In this document: positions 1-9,471 of the stretch, in pieces
Position numbering within the stretch: the stretch's first letter is position 1
Layout of the letters: each line of letters opens with the position of its first letter
Position numbers and translations under genes: made by a program
The notes under the pieces: generated by a model
Told to the model about the DNA's origin: nothing
Database searches by the model: none
Seen by the model: only the letters and a program-made list of their open reading frames with translations
DNA from: a virus
Direction: 5' to 3' (one strand)
DNA: 64,000 bases
Virus record (IMG/VR): IMGVR_UViG_3300035698_016731
Coordinates: 15,775-79,774 of that record

Positions 1-1
1 T

Positions 2-64
2 ATAGATATTGACCTTTCTCCTGAGACATTAGAGAAAGATACTATAATCAATCTGTTGAAATAA
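2..64 (+). CDS. 3' end of an upstream gene (partial)
   Basis: Open frame IDIDLSPETLEKDTIINLLK* ends just before the AAGGA RBS and ATG of dnaE. Confidence 0.5.
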   Translation: MDIDLSPETLEKDTIINLLK

Positions 65-71
65 GGAAAAC

Positions 72-3000
72 ATGAGTAGAGACTTTTGCCACCTACACTT
101 GCATGACGAGTTCTCTATACTGGATGGTCTTGGACATCCCTCAGACTATGCAACGAGAGCTAAAGAACTTGGGCAGAAATACATCGCTCAGACTAATCAT
201 GCGAGTATGGGTGGTCTTTATAGATTCCATATTGCAGTTACTAAAGAGAAAATAAAACCAATTCTTGGACAAGAGTTATATTATGTAGATTCCCTAGAAG
301 ATAAAGGAGCAAGACGGCACCATCTCATTCTTCTAGCTAAGAATCAGAAAGGCATAGAAAGTCTCAACTCTCTTATCACCATAGGTAATGAACCAGAAAA
401 CTATTATCGTAGACCTCGTGTAACTATAGATATGATTTGTAAATACTCTAAGGGTTTAGTCTGTGCTACAGCTTGTGTTGCTGGTCCATTGGGAAAAGAA
501 AATGGAGAAAAGGATTTTAGAAAACTACTTGAGTGTTTTGCTGAAGATTTATATTTAGAGATTCAACCTCATGTTTGGAATGAACAATCTCTCTTAAATC
601 AACAAGCCTATAGATACTGGAAAAAATATGGAAGTAAAGTAATAGCCACTAATGATTGTCATTATGTATTAAAAAAGCATGCTACTTCTCATGAAGTCCT
701 CTTAGCAATACAAAGAAAAGCTAAATGGGGTGACCCAAAACGTTGGAAGTTTGACATCAGAGACCTCTATCTTAAAAGCCGAGAAGAAATGTTAGATGAC
801 TTCCAAAGAATGGAAAACAAATTTAAGACAGATTTACCTAATAAATTCTATATAGAATCCCTAGAAAACACCATGCTAGTGGCGTCATCGTGTCACTTTA
901 AGCTTAAAGACCTGCCTCTTAACCTTCCTAGTGTAAACGACTCGGATTGGACTGATGATGAGCTTTTTAAGAAGAAATGTCTTCAAGGATATAAAAAGAG
1001 ATTTGACTTTAAAAAGGACAGTCCTGAATATTTGAGATATAAGAAAAGATTACAATTTGAAATAAGAACCATTATTGAAGGTGGTTTTAGTAGATATTTT
1101 TTAATAGTTCTGGATTTAGTAGAGTGGGCAAGGCGAGAGGATATAATGGTTGGACCAGGCAGAGGTTCTGTGAGCTCATCCCTAGCCAGTTATTGCTTAG
1201 GAATTTCTGGTATTGACCCAATTCACTACGGACTTATATTCTCTCGCTTCATATCTCCAGACCGAATAGACCTTCCAGATATTGATATTGATTTTGAAGA
1301 TAGGAAAAGAGATAGAGTTGTGACCTATCTTACTGAGAAGTATGGAGAGAAGTGTGTAAGTGGAGTAATTACTTTCGCTAACATGAAGGGCAAGATGGCT
1401 ATTAAAGATGTAGCTAGGGTGTTTGATGTTAGCATAAAGGAAACAAATGATGCAACAAAAATGATAGTTACTCGGAGTACAGGAGATGCAAGAGCAGATT
1501 TCTCCATAGATGATAGCTTTAAAGTATTTGAAGAATGCATAAAATATAAAAAGAAACATCCAGAAGTAATTAAACACGCCACAGTTTTAGAAGGAAATAT
1601 CCGACAAGTCGGTCAACATGCTGCAGGAGTTGTTGTCTCAGGAGATGAGATTGTGCCGAAACGTGCAGCCATTCTTCGAGGTTCTAAGGGTAAGATACTC
1701 TGTTATGATAAAGATGACTTAGATAGAATTGGATTGATGAAGTTAGATATTTTGGGATTAAGAACCTTGAGCATACTTAATGACGTACAACATTTGGTTA
1801 AAGATAGACTTGGAGAAGTTCTGGACTTTGAGAAGATAGATGTAGGAGATGAAGAAGTGTTGAAGATGTTTGGAGAAGGAGACACTATTGGAGTCTTTCA
1901 ATTTGAATCTAAGGGTATGGCTAAACTTTGTAAAAGATTAGCTCCAATAGAAAATTTTGATATGTTAATTGACGCTAATGCTCTCCATAGACCTGGTTGT
2001 ATTAAGTCTGGAACTATGAGCAGATATGAAGATGTAAGACATGGACGCAAAAAACCTGACTATATTATTCCTTATATGAAAAAGATAACTGAACCAACTC
2101 GTGGTATAGTTCTTTATCAAGAGCAAATTATGCAAACTATGGTTTTCCTTGCAGGATTTGGTTGGAAAACTACTGACATGATTAGAAAAGTGGTTAGTAA
2201 AAGTAAGGGAGATGAATTGTTTGGAAAGTTTGAAGAAGAATTTGTAGCGAAGTGTAAAGAAAAAAGAAACATTTCTCCAAAGCTATCCAGAAAACTTTTT
2301 AAAGAGATTCAGACTTTTGGAAGTTATGGATTTAACAAATGTATATGTGGTGATACTAAAGTGTTAAGGGCATCTTGGTACAAAGGAAATAATGCATATT
2401 CTATTAAACATTTGTGGAAAATAGTTAATAATATAGAATATGCGAAAGAAGTCCATGGTCTTTCTTTAAGAAGCAAATTAAGAACTTATGGATATGGTTT
2501 TATATTAAGTCAGCATAAAAATGGAAGAATAAAACCTAATAAAATTATAGATATATATTATAATGGAGAGAAAGAAGTATATGAAATAGAAACTGTTGGA
2601 GGAGATTTTGTAGAAGCTACTTTAGACCATAGATTTTTAACAAGTAAAGGTTGGAAAAAATTAGAAGATATTGAAATAGGAGATAAAGTAGCCTTTATAG
2701 GAGACTATGAAAAATCTAATATCAGATATAACTTTACCAATGGAAATTTTAAGTTAAACTCTAAAAAAGGTAAAGAAGGATTTCAAGAAAAACCTAATGG
2801 GCAGTCTGTTAAATTTCAGAGGATAAGAAAAGATTATCTTAAAAAGTTTGGAAATAAATGTATGGAATGTGGGAAGGAACACAAAAGAATAGAAACTGCT
2901 CACTTAGATGGAAATAGATTAAACAACAAGAAAAGTAATTTAAAAAATCTTTGTCCAAGGTGTCATAAAGTTCATGATTATTCTTTAGGAAGGAAAAAGA

Positions 3001-4643
3001 AATGGGACAAAGGCAGACCTACTATATACAAAAAAGTCAAAAGCATTAACCTTTCTGGAATGAAAGATACTTATGATATAGAAATGGAATCTCCTAATAA
3101 CAACTTTATAGCTAATGGATTTGTTAGCCACAACTCTCATGCTTGTACCTATTCTCTTATAGGATTCTGGTGTATGTATTGTAAAATACATTACCCCACT
3201 ATCTTCTTTAAAGCTGTTATAGAGAATACAAATGCTGATGATAGGTTATGGGAAGCTTTTGAAGGCATGAGACAAATGGACATTAAGACATATATGCCTG
3301 ATGTAAACCATTCTCAAAGGAAAATAGACTTTTATGAAGATGGACTGATGTTGGGATTTGCTTTAATAAAAGGATGTGGAGATAAAGCAACTGAGAATAT
3401 GTTAGGAGAAAGAGAGAAAAATGGACCATTCAAAGATTTTCAAGATTTCCTAAAAAGAGTCAACAGAAGAGTAGTCAATAAGAGAGTAATAGAAGCTATG
3501 GCTTCAGTAGGAGCTTTTAAATGTTGGTATCCTAATCAACGGCAACTTATGGAAAACCTTGAACAAGTCTTAAAGGGAAAGTATGAGTGGAAGAAGGAGT
3601 ATGACTTCTACTCTGAGAAACAAACTCTTATGATTATAAAGAAACTTATTCCATATATTTCTGGAGCTAATAAGATATATTTCTTTGACAGGCTCAGAAG
3701 TATGTTAGGAAGTTTGAAGATAGCTGAAATAAATTTCAAAAGAGCCAATAGGAATTATACAGTTATCGGAGAGCTTACTGAAGTGAAGTATAGTTATGCT
3801 GAAGCTCATAGTGGTAAGAAGATAGGTGGATTTGTAGACCAACAAAATCTCGGAAATGTATATGGGAATCTATATGATGGAGAAGAGTATATAGTTGGCT
3901 GGTTTGATGGAGACATAAAAGCTAAACATAAAGATGAAATAGAAAGTATTAAATCTAATGTTATCTGCAGTAAGTTAGAAAATCTTGCTCATAAAACAAG
4001 AGTAGCTATCCGAGATTATGCTATCGTTGATGGCATTCAAGATATAGATATGATTCAACGATTAAAAAAGATAACTAAGTTTAGAATATTGAGAAGGAAA
4101 ATAAAAAAGAGAGTAGATTGTACAAGTTGTAATAATTGTAAATTGAGAGAGACTTGCACCAACCCAGTTCCCTATTATTGTAGCAGGGATAAATTCTATG
4201 GATTTATAGTAGGAGAAGCACCAGGTAAGAATGAAGATGCAGGAGGAAAACCATTTATTGGAATGGCAGGAAGAGAGTTAAGAAATATGTTCGACAAGTG
4301 TGGAATGAGTGCGAGTGATTTCTTTATAACTAATGCTGTAAAATGTCGTCCACCTAGCAATCGAAAACCTTATAAGAATGAAATAGGAAAGTGTGCAAGG
4401 TTATGGTTAGAAAAGGAAATAAAAACCAACAAGCCAAAGGTAATACTAAGCTTGGGAAATACTCCTTTGTATTTCTTTACAGGAAAGGAGAGTGGTATAC
4501 TTGAGATGAATGCAAAGTATGAATGGAACTATGACTATGAGTGTTTTGTAGTCTATTCAATTCATCCTGCAATGGTGTTGTATAACTCTGAGAACAGAGG
4601 GATGTTGAGAGAAAGTGTAACTTTACTAAGTCAGTTTATATAA
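72..4643 (+). CDS. dnaE: DNA polymerase III alpha subunit (family C) with intein and C-terminal family-4 uracil-DNA glycosylase domain
   Basis: PHP motif HLHLHDEFSILDG, GPGRGS, catalytic PDIDIDF, KLDILGL, YQEQIM, GFNK/SHA split by an intein; C-terminal CxxC...GEAPG...KCRPP...HPA. Confidence 0.96.
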   Translation: MSRDFCHLHLHDEFSILDGLGHPSDYATRAKELGQKYIAQTNHASMGGLYRFHIAVTKEKIKPILGQELYYVDSLEDKGARRHHLILLAKNQKGIESLNSLITIGNEPENYYRRPRVTIDMICKYSKGLVCATACVAGPLGKENGEKDFRKLLECFAEDLYLEIQPHVWNEQSLLNQQAYRYWKKYGSKVIATNDCHYVLKKHATSHEVLLAIQRKAKWGDPKRWKFDIRDLYLKSREEMLDDFQRMENKFKTDLPNKFYIESLENTMLVASSCHFKLKDLPLNLPSVNDSDWTDDELFKKKCLQGYKKRFDFKKDSPEYLRYKKRLQFEIRTIIEGGFSRYFLIVLDLVEWARREDIMVGPGRGSVSSSLASYCLGISGIDPIHYGLIFSRFISPDRIDLPDIDIDFEDRKRDRVVTYLTEKYGEKCVSGVITFANMKGKMAIKDVARVFDVSIKETNDATKMIVTRSTGDARADFSIDDSFKVFEECIKYKKKHPEVIKHATVLEGNIRQVGQHAAGVVVSGDEIVPKRAAILRGSKGKILCYDKDDLDRIGLMKLDILGLRTLSILNDVQHLVKDRLGEVLDFEKIDVGDEEVLKMFGEGDTIGVFQFESKGMAKLCKRLAPIENFDMLIDANALHRPGCIKSGTMSRYEDVRHGRKKPDYIIPYMKKITEPTRGIVLYQEQIMQTMVFLAGFGWKTTDMIRKVVSKSKGDELFGKFEEEFVAKCKEKRNISPKLSRKLFKEIQTFGSYGFNKCICGDTKVLRASWYKGNNAYSIKHLWKIVNNIEYAKEVHGLSLRSKLRTYGYGFILSQHKNGRIKPNKIIDIYYNGEKEVYEIETVGGDFVEATLDHRFLTSKGWKKLEDIEIGDKVAFIGDYEKSNIRYNFTNGNFKLNSKKGKEGFQEKPNGQSVKFQRIRKDYLKKFGNKCMECGKEHKRIETAHLDGNRLNNKKSNLKNLCPRCHKVHDYSLGRKKKWDKGRPTIYKKVKSINLSGMKDTYDIEMESPNNNFIANGFVSHNSHACTYSLIGFWCMYCKIHYPTIFFKAVIENTNADDRLWEAFEGMRQMDIKTYMPDVNHSQRKIDFYEDGLMLGFALIKGCGDKATENMLGEREKNGPFKDFQDFLKRVNRRVVNKRVIEAMASVGAFKCWYPNQRQLMENLEQVLKGKYEWKKEYDFYSEKQTLMIIKKLIPYISGANKIYFFDRLRSMLGSLKIAEINFKRANRNYTVIGELTEVKYSYAEAHSGKKIGGFVDQQNLGNVYGNLYDGEEYIVGWFDGDIKAKHKDEIESIKSNVICSKLENLAHKTRVAIRDYAIVDGIQDIDMIQRLKKITKFRILRRKIKKRVDCTSCNNCKLRETCTNPVPYYCSRDKFYGFIVGEAPGKNEDAGGKPFIGMAGRELRNMFDKCGMSASDFFITNAVKCRPPSNRKPYKNEIGKCARLWLEKEIKTNKPKVILSLGNTPLYFFTGKESGILEMNAKYEWNYDYECFVVYSIHPAMVLYNSENRGMLRESVTLLSQFI
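2340..3134 (+). mobile_element. Intein (265 aa) carrying an HNH endonuclease, inserted in DnaE
   Basis: Starts CICGDT right after YGFNK; block B ATLDHRFLT; ends NFIANGFVSHN followed by Ser of SHA; internal CMECG...AHLDGNRLNN...NLKNLCPRCH. Confidence 0.93.
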
Positions 4644-4659
4644 AAAAGGGGGTGAATGA

Positions 4660-4857
4660 ATGAGAGTATTTGTAATCTTTGAATTTCTAATAGTTATTGG
4701 TCTACTGTGGTTATCAGCTAACATAGTTCAATATGCTTGGTTCAAAGAGTTGAGAAGTGGGAGATTCTTCTGCTTATCAAACAAGTGGATAAGGGAAGAT
4801 GATGAACGACTAGAACAAAAAATCAAAGACAAAAAGAGGAGAAAAAAAGATGAATAA
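4660..4857 (+). CDS. Small membrane protein
   Basis: Hydrophobic N-terminus, GGGGGTG RBS, overlaps next gene. Confidence 0.65.
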   Translation: MRVFVIFEFLIVIGLLWLSANIVQYAWFKELRSGRFFCLSNKWIREDDERLEQKIKDKKRRKKDE

Positions 4858-5845
4858 AGGATTTATATTTGCACTTGCTGGAGTTATTGTATTGTTCTTT
4901 TTACTTTTCACTTTCGGCTGGGTTAATATTGACCCAACAGAAGTTGGTGTAGAAGTTAATAAGATAATGGGAAAGGTTGACCCTGAACCTCTCGGAGTTG
5001 GTTATCATTTCTTTAATAGATTCAAAACTGATGTTGAAGTCTATAAGGTAGCCTCTCGTGCATTTCCTGGTGATGTAGACAAGAGTGAAGAGGAAGAAAA
5101 ATATACTCTTGAACTTAAAACTAATGATGGACAAAGAGTATCAGTAGACCTTACTATAATTTATGCCCTTAAATCTAAAGAAGTACCTGTACTTCATGCT
5201 AAAGTAGGAAGGAATTTTGAAGATGAAATACTTCTGCCTCAAGTTCGCAGTGAAGCAAGATTAGCCATAGGTTCTTACTCTGCAGAGGAAATCTATCAAG
5301 GTAAGGTTCGAGATGAAATACAGCAAGGTATTAAAGCTAAACTTATTGCAGCTTTAACATCTCACCCAGCTTTCATCGTTCAAAGTGCTTTAATGAGAGA
5401 TTTCCAATTTAGTCCAGCTTTTGAGAAAGCTATTGAGTCTAAGAAACTTGCTGCTCAGCAGGTTGAGATAAACAAGAATAGAGCATTAGCTCAGGAAGAA
5501 GAAGCAAAAAGAGTAGAAGCTATAGCAAGAGGAAAGAAACTACAAGCTATTCAAAATGCAACAGGTGTTGCTGAGTCAGTCAAAATTAATGCTGATGCAG
5601 AAAGATATGCATTAGAACAAAAAGCTATTGGTAGTTTAGCTATCTACAAAGCTGATGCAGAAGGAAAGAGACTTCAGGCTGAGGCTCTTGGTGGTGGACA
5701 CAATGTAGTAGCTCTCAAGTTTGCTTCTACTTTACCTAGAAACTTGAAGATTATTGCTGTTCCAGTAGGGAAAGACTCTACAAGTATCATGGACTTAAAT
5801 GGAGTATTCAAAGGCATGTTCACTAGTCCAAAAATAGGTGAATAA
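4850..5845 (+). CDS. SPFH/band 7 (prohibitin-like) membrane protein
   Basis: N-terminal TM, GVEVNK, LGVGYHFFN, TNDGQRVSVDLTIIY, FSPAFEKAIESK, AEA-type coiled coil. Confidence 0.9.
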   Translation: MNKGFIFALAGVIVLFFLLFTFGWVNIDPTEVGVEVNKIMGKVDPEPLGVGYHFFNRFKTDVEVYKVASRAFPGDVDKSEEEEKYTLELKTNDGQRVSVDLTIIYALKSKEVPVLHAKVGRNFEDEILLPQVRSEARLAIGSYSAEEIYQGKVRDEIQQGIKAKLIAALTSHPAFIVQSALMRDFQFSPAFEKAIESKKLAAQQVEINKNRALAQEEEAKRVEAIARGKKLQAIQNATGVAESVKINADAERYALEQKAIGSLAIYKADAEGKRLQAEALGGGHNVVALKFASTLPRNLKIIAVPVGKDSTSIMDLNGVFKGMFTSPKIGE

Positions 5846-5846
5846 G

Positions 5847-6122
5847 ATGAAGAAAGGTTTTACTTTGATAGAAATCATAATTATAATTATGGTAATGGTA
5901 ATACTTGTTGCAGTTGCTATTCCTAAATTTGCAGAATTACGCAAGAGAGCTGAACAGACAGAGAAGAAGAGAAGAAAAGCTGAACGATGGGGCAACTCCT
6001 TATCTGATAAGGTGTCTGATATTACTATGGAGTATGACAATTCAACTAATCAAATAAAATTCACTGTTCACAAAGTGGATGGAAGCAGAAGTAGAGGGTA
6101 TCTATATGTTCATGATGAATAA
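5847..6122 (+). CDS. Type IV pilin/pseudopilin-like protein 1 (class III signal peptide)
   Basis: MKKG|FTLIE + hydrophobic helix + AIPKF; ATG 5847 follows AGGTG RBS. Confidence 0.85.
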   Translation: MKKGFTLIEIIIIIMVMVILVAVAIPKFAELRKRAEQTEKKRRKAERWGNSLSDKVSDITMEYDNSTNQIKFTVHKVDGSRSRGYLYVHDE

Positions 6123-6423
6123 AAGGAAAACTGGTTTTACTTTAGTTGAAGTAATGATAGTTATAGCTATATTAGGTTTACTTGTTGCTATTGTAGCACC
6201 TGCTATTATGAAGGCTAAAGAAAAGACTGAGAACCACATTAATTATGATAAGAGAATAGAAAGATTCTCAAAAAGGTATGGGTATGAGATGGGAGATGTG
6301 AGAATCTTTCTTGAAACTTACGATTTTACCAACAAGGACTTTATGGAATCAGGTGTATTAAGAGGACAGTTTGAGAGATGGTGTGATGGAGAAGAAACTC
6401 AATTTCTCAAAAGAAGAGATTAA
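6112..6423 (+). CDS. Type IV pilin/pseudopilin-like protein 2
   Basis: NKRKTG|FTLVEVMIVIAILGLLVAIVAP; likely start 6112 or 6115 rather than 6079. Confidence 0.88.
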   Translation: MMNKRKTGFTLVEVMIVIAILGLLVAIVAPAIMKAKEKTENHINYDKRIERFSKRYGYEMGDVRIFLETYDFTNKDFMESGVLRGQFERWCDGEETQFLKRRD

Positions 6424-6440
6424 CCAAAAAGGAGGGTACC

Positions 6441-6728
6441 ATGGAAGATGAAGTAAAAAAAGAAGAAGTCCAAAAAGAAGGAGCTTTTATTGTTTCTCTA
6501 AAAAGGAACAACAAGAAGATTCGGTATATCCGATTCATTAGAAACCAAAATCTTGTAATAACTTGCTTAGACCACATTAAACATCTATGGGATTTTGTAT
6601 ACAAAGGACAGATTATTCATTGTTCCAATGAGAAAGTTTTTATCAAGGGAATAGCTAACATACTAAAGATAGATAAAGTGTATGTTAGTAGGTCAATAGT
6701 CCAAGATATTAAAGAAGAAAAAATTTAA
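6441..6728 (+). CDS. Hypothetical protein
   Basis: AGGAGG RBS, ATG, co-oriented. Confidence 0.7.
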   Translation: MEDEVKKEEVQKEGAFIVSLKRNNKKIRYIRFIRNQNLVITCLDHIKHLWDFVYKGQIIHCSNEKVFIKGIANILKIDKVYVSRSIVQDIKEEKI

Positions 6729-6763
6729 TATTTCTTAGGACTTTTCAGGTGTTTTTCTTTAAT

Positions 6764-6773
6764 ATATAATAAA
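6764..6773 (+). promoter_or_regulatory. Putative promoter element ATATAATAAA
   Basis: Intergenic, directly before an AAGGAG RBS; same core occurs at 15097 and 60547. Confidence 0.45.
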
Positions 6774-6784
6774 GGAGATAAATA

Positions 6785-7294
6785 GTGAACATAACTAACA
6801 TCGCAAGACGCATTAAGAAGCTAATTCTCAGCATGGACATCAGCAGAGAAGAGTATGATATTATTAAGGTTGCAAGTATTGACGAAAGAGCATTGAATGA
6901 AGCTTGTATACACCATCCTCGCTTGTATGCTTTTTGGGCTACGATTTTCCGTATCTCTGAAAGTAATATGAACAAGGCTGAGTTTGAGCTTGATAAGTAT
7001 AAAGCTGAACTCGACAGTAAAATTAGAAAGAAATGGGAAGGTGAGAAGTTTACAGAAACCAGTATTAAGAATGAAGTATTGAGAGATAAAGGCTACCAAG
7101 AATTGCAATTAGAATTACTGGACAAGCAAGAATCACGAGGGATTTTTAAAGCTTTTGTTTCCTCTTTGGAACAGAGAAAGGATATGCTCTTTACTCTGGC
7201 TGCAACAGAGAGAAAAGAAATGGAGACAAAGATTGAGCTACAGTCTAAAGCTGTACAAGAGTATTACAAGAACAAAAAAACCAAAACCAAATAA
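6785..7294 (+). CDS. UvsY-like recombination mediator
   Basis: Helical IDERALNEAC..HP..YAFW...KFTETSIK...LEQRKDML pattern; sits before SSB and RecA. Confidence 0.6.
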   Translation: MNITNIARRIKKLILSMDISREEYDIIKVASIDERALNEACIHHPRLYAFWATIFRISESNMNKAEFELDKYKAELDSKIRKKWEGEKFTETSIKNEVLRDKGYQELQLELLDKQESRGIFKAFVSSLEQRKDMLFTLAATERKEMETKIELQSKAVQEYYKNKKTKTK

Positions 7295-7306
7295 GGAGGG
7301 TGTTGT

Positions 7307-8194
7307 ATGGGCAAATTGAGCAGAGATGCAATTAAAAAGCGTTCAAAAGAACGGCATGGTGGGGGAGAGTTCTGGAAACCAAAAGATGGGAAGAACTTTG
7401 TAAGGCTTCTTCCCCCTGCTGGTGAGTTAGAAGAACCATGGAAGGAAGTTTATATCCACTATGATGTAGGAGAAGAAAGTACATCTACTGTATGTCCTTT
7501 TAAGAACTACAAGAAACGTTGTCCTATCTGTTCTGAAGTTAGGAAGCTGTGGAAGGGTGATGATGATGAAAGAGCACTAGCTTCTCGAAGAGGAGCTAAA
7601 CGTCAATATTTCACTCCTATGATTGACCTTACTAACGAAGATGCTGGAATACAAGTTTGGCGTCACGGAGTTAGTGTAGTTAATCAGTTACTTGATTTAT
7701 TTGATGATGATGATGATGAGGATAGAGTAGTTGACTTTACTAGCATTAAGAATGGCAATAAAGTAATAGTAGTGCGCCATCAGAAAGCTAAGAACACTGA
7801 ATTTATCGACTACAATATTCGCCTTGGCAAATCTCATGTAGTAGAAGATTGGAAGAAGCTAAAAGAAGAAATGCCTGAATTAGATAAGTATGGCATCAGT
7901 CTTAGCTTTGAAGAAATTGAGGCTTTGATTAATGGAGACAAAACTTCTTCTGCTCCTCCTCCTGCTGATGATGATGGAGAAGATGATGATGAGGTAAAAA
8001 GAAAACCTGTTGAGGAAGAGGATGATGATGATGATGACCCACCTTCAAGTAAGAAAAGACGTGATGATGATGATGACAATGAAGGTCTTGATGAAGAAGG
8101 TAAGGATGAGGAGTTAGATAAGGAAGATGATGATGGAGATGATGATGACCCACCAAGAAAGTCTTCATCTAAAGTAAAAAGGAGAAAAAGATAA
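7307..8194 (+). CDS. T4 gp32-like single-stranded DNA-binding protein
   Basis: FWKPKDGKNFVRLLP, His plus CP...CPIC Zn motif, long Asp/Glu-rich tail. Confidence 0.8.
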   Translation: MGKLSRDAIKKRSKERHGGGEFWKPKDGKNFVRLLPPAGELEEPWKEVYIHYDVGEESTSTVCPFKNYKKRCPICSEVRKLWKGDDDERALASRRGAKRQYFTPMIDLTNEDAGIQVWRHGVSVVNQLLDLFDDDDDEDRVVDFTSIKNGNKVIVVRHQKAKNTEFIDYNIRLGKSHVVEDWKKLKEEMPELDKYGISLSFEEIEALINGDKTSSAPPPADDDGEDDDEVKRKPVEEEDDDDDDPPSSKKRRDDDDDNEGLDEEGKDEELDKEDDDGDDDDPPRKSSSKVKRRKR

Positions 8195-8197
8195 ATA

Positions 8198-9166
8198 ATG
8201 GACAGAAAACCTGTAAAGAAAAGAAATTCTGAGATTGACAAAAAGATTAAGGATTTAGCAAATGCTTTAAAGAAGGACAATGTCTTCACAGGAGACAACA
8301 TAGAAGCAACCGAGTTCGTCAGCTCAGGGATTCTGTCCATAGATTATGTTCTAGGTGGTCGTGGAGTGCCGAAGGGTAGGATTATTGAACTTTTCGGCAC
8401 ACCATCCTCTGGAAAGACAACTCTTGTTCTCCAGCTTATACGAAACTTTCAAAAGGTTGGACTCACTTGTGCTTTCTTGGATGTTGAACATGCTCTAGCT
8501 CCAGAGTGGGCAGAGTTAATAGGTGTAGATTTAAGAAACCTTTTATTCTCTGAACCAGAAAATGGAGAAGATACTTTCGACCTCATAAAGAAATTAGTGA
8601 AAGGTGGTGTAGATTTAGTAGTTGTTGACTCCGTTGCAGCTCTAGTTCCAAGAGATGAACTTGAACAAGAAGCAGGGAAAAGAAATATTGCAACACAAGC
8701 TCGTCTCATGTCTCAAGAGTTAAAGAAGCTGAGCTCTTATATTGCTAAAACTGATACCACAGTAATCTTCTTGAACCAAACTCGCAGTAAGGTAGGTATT
8801 ATGTTTGGGAATCCTGAAGACACTCCTGGTGGGTCTGCCCTTAAATTTTATTCCTCTATTCGTTTACGAATGAGTGTGAAGGGAAAATTAAAGAAAAGCA
8901 ATGGAGAGATTGTTGGAGTAACTTCTAAAGCTAACTGTGTTAAAAGTAAAGTCTTTATTCCATTCAAGTGTGCTGTTATAGATATATATTATACCAGAGG
9001 TATAAGCAAAGAGAGTGGAATATGGGAATTGGCTTTAGAAGGAGATGTTATCGAGAAAACAAATAAAGCAGGAACTTATAGATTTGGAGAAATCGAGTTC
9101 AGGAAGAAAGACTTTATAGAACAAATTCTAAAGAGCAAAGAATTCAAAAAGGAGCTATTCGGATGA
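8198..9166 (+). CDS. recA: RecA recombinase
   Basis: PKGRIIELFGTPSSGKTT, DVEHAL, VVVDSVAAL, QARLMSQ, FGNPEDTPGGSALKFYSS. Confidence 0.97.
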   Translation: MDRKPVKKRNSEIDKKIKDLANALKKDNVFTGDNIEATEFVSSGILSIDYVLGGRGVPKGRIIELFGTPSSGKTTLVLQLIRNFQKVGLTCAFLDVEHALAPEWAELIGVDLRNLLFSEPENGEDTFDLIKKLVKGGVDLVVVDSVAALVPRDELEQEAGKRNIATQARLMSQELKKLSSYIAKTDTTVIFLNQTRSKVGIMFGNPEDTPGGSALKFYSSIRLRMSVKGKLKKSNGEIVGVTSKANCVKSKVFIPFKCAVIDIYYTRGISKESGIWELALEGDVIEKTNKAGTYRFGEIEFRKKDFIEQILKSKEFKKELFG

Positions 9167-9471
9167 TTGATTTCAATATAACAAAGTTAGTAGGAAAGAC
9201 AATTGCAGTTAAATATAAAAATCGTTGTAAAAACTGCTACAATGGAAAATTAGAAGCTAAACAAGTCATAGATATTTCAGTAAACCAAAAAATGATTTTA
9301 CTTGCTGGTGAGAGGGGTAGGTGTACGGAATGGATAGAAGTTACAGTTTTTAATGATAATTATGAAATAGTAGATGTAACCAAAGGTCAAGTTCAGTCTA
9401 TAGAAGATGTAATCACTGATGATGGCGATGATGATGATGACGCTGTTGTTGATGAGGTAGTATTAAAATGA
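9163..9471 (+). CDS. Hypothetical protein
   Basis: ATGA overlaps at both ends. Confidence 0.7.
   Translation: MIDFNITKLVGKTIAVKYKNRCKNCYNGKLEAKQVIDISVNQKMILLAGERGRCTEWIEVTVFNDNYEIVDVTKGQVQSIEDVITDDGDDDDDAVVDEVVLK

Noticed and set aside
6441-6728. Possible chimeric ORF (N-terminus GAFIVSLKRNNKKIR recalls another phage family)
   Set aside because: Based on recollection only; cannot be supported without a search
7834-8340. Ser-rich and His-rich antisense ORFs; GAT repeats as an array
   Set aside because: Shadows of the Asp/Glu-rich SSB tail; no repeat-spacer structure
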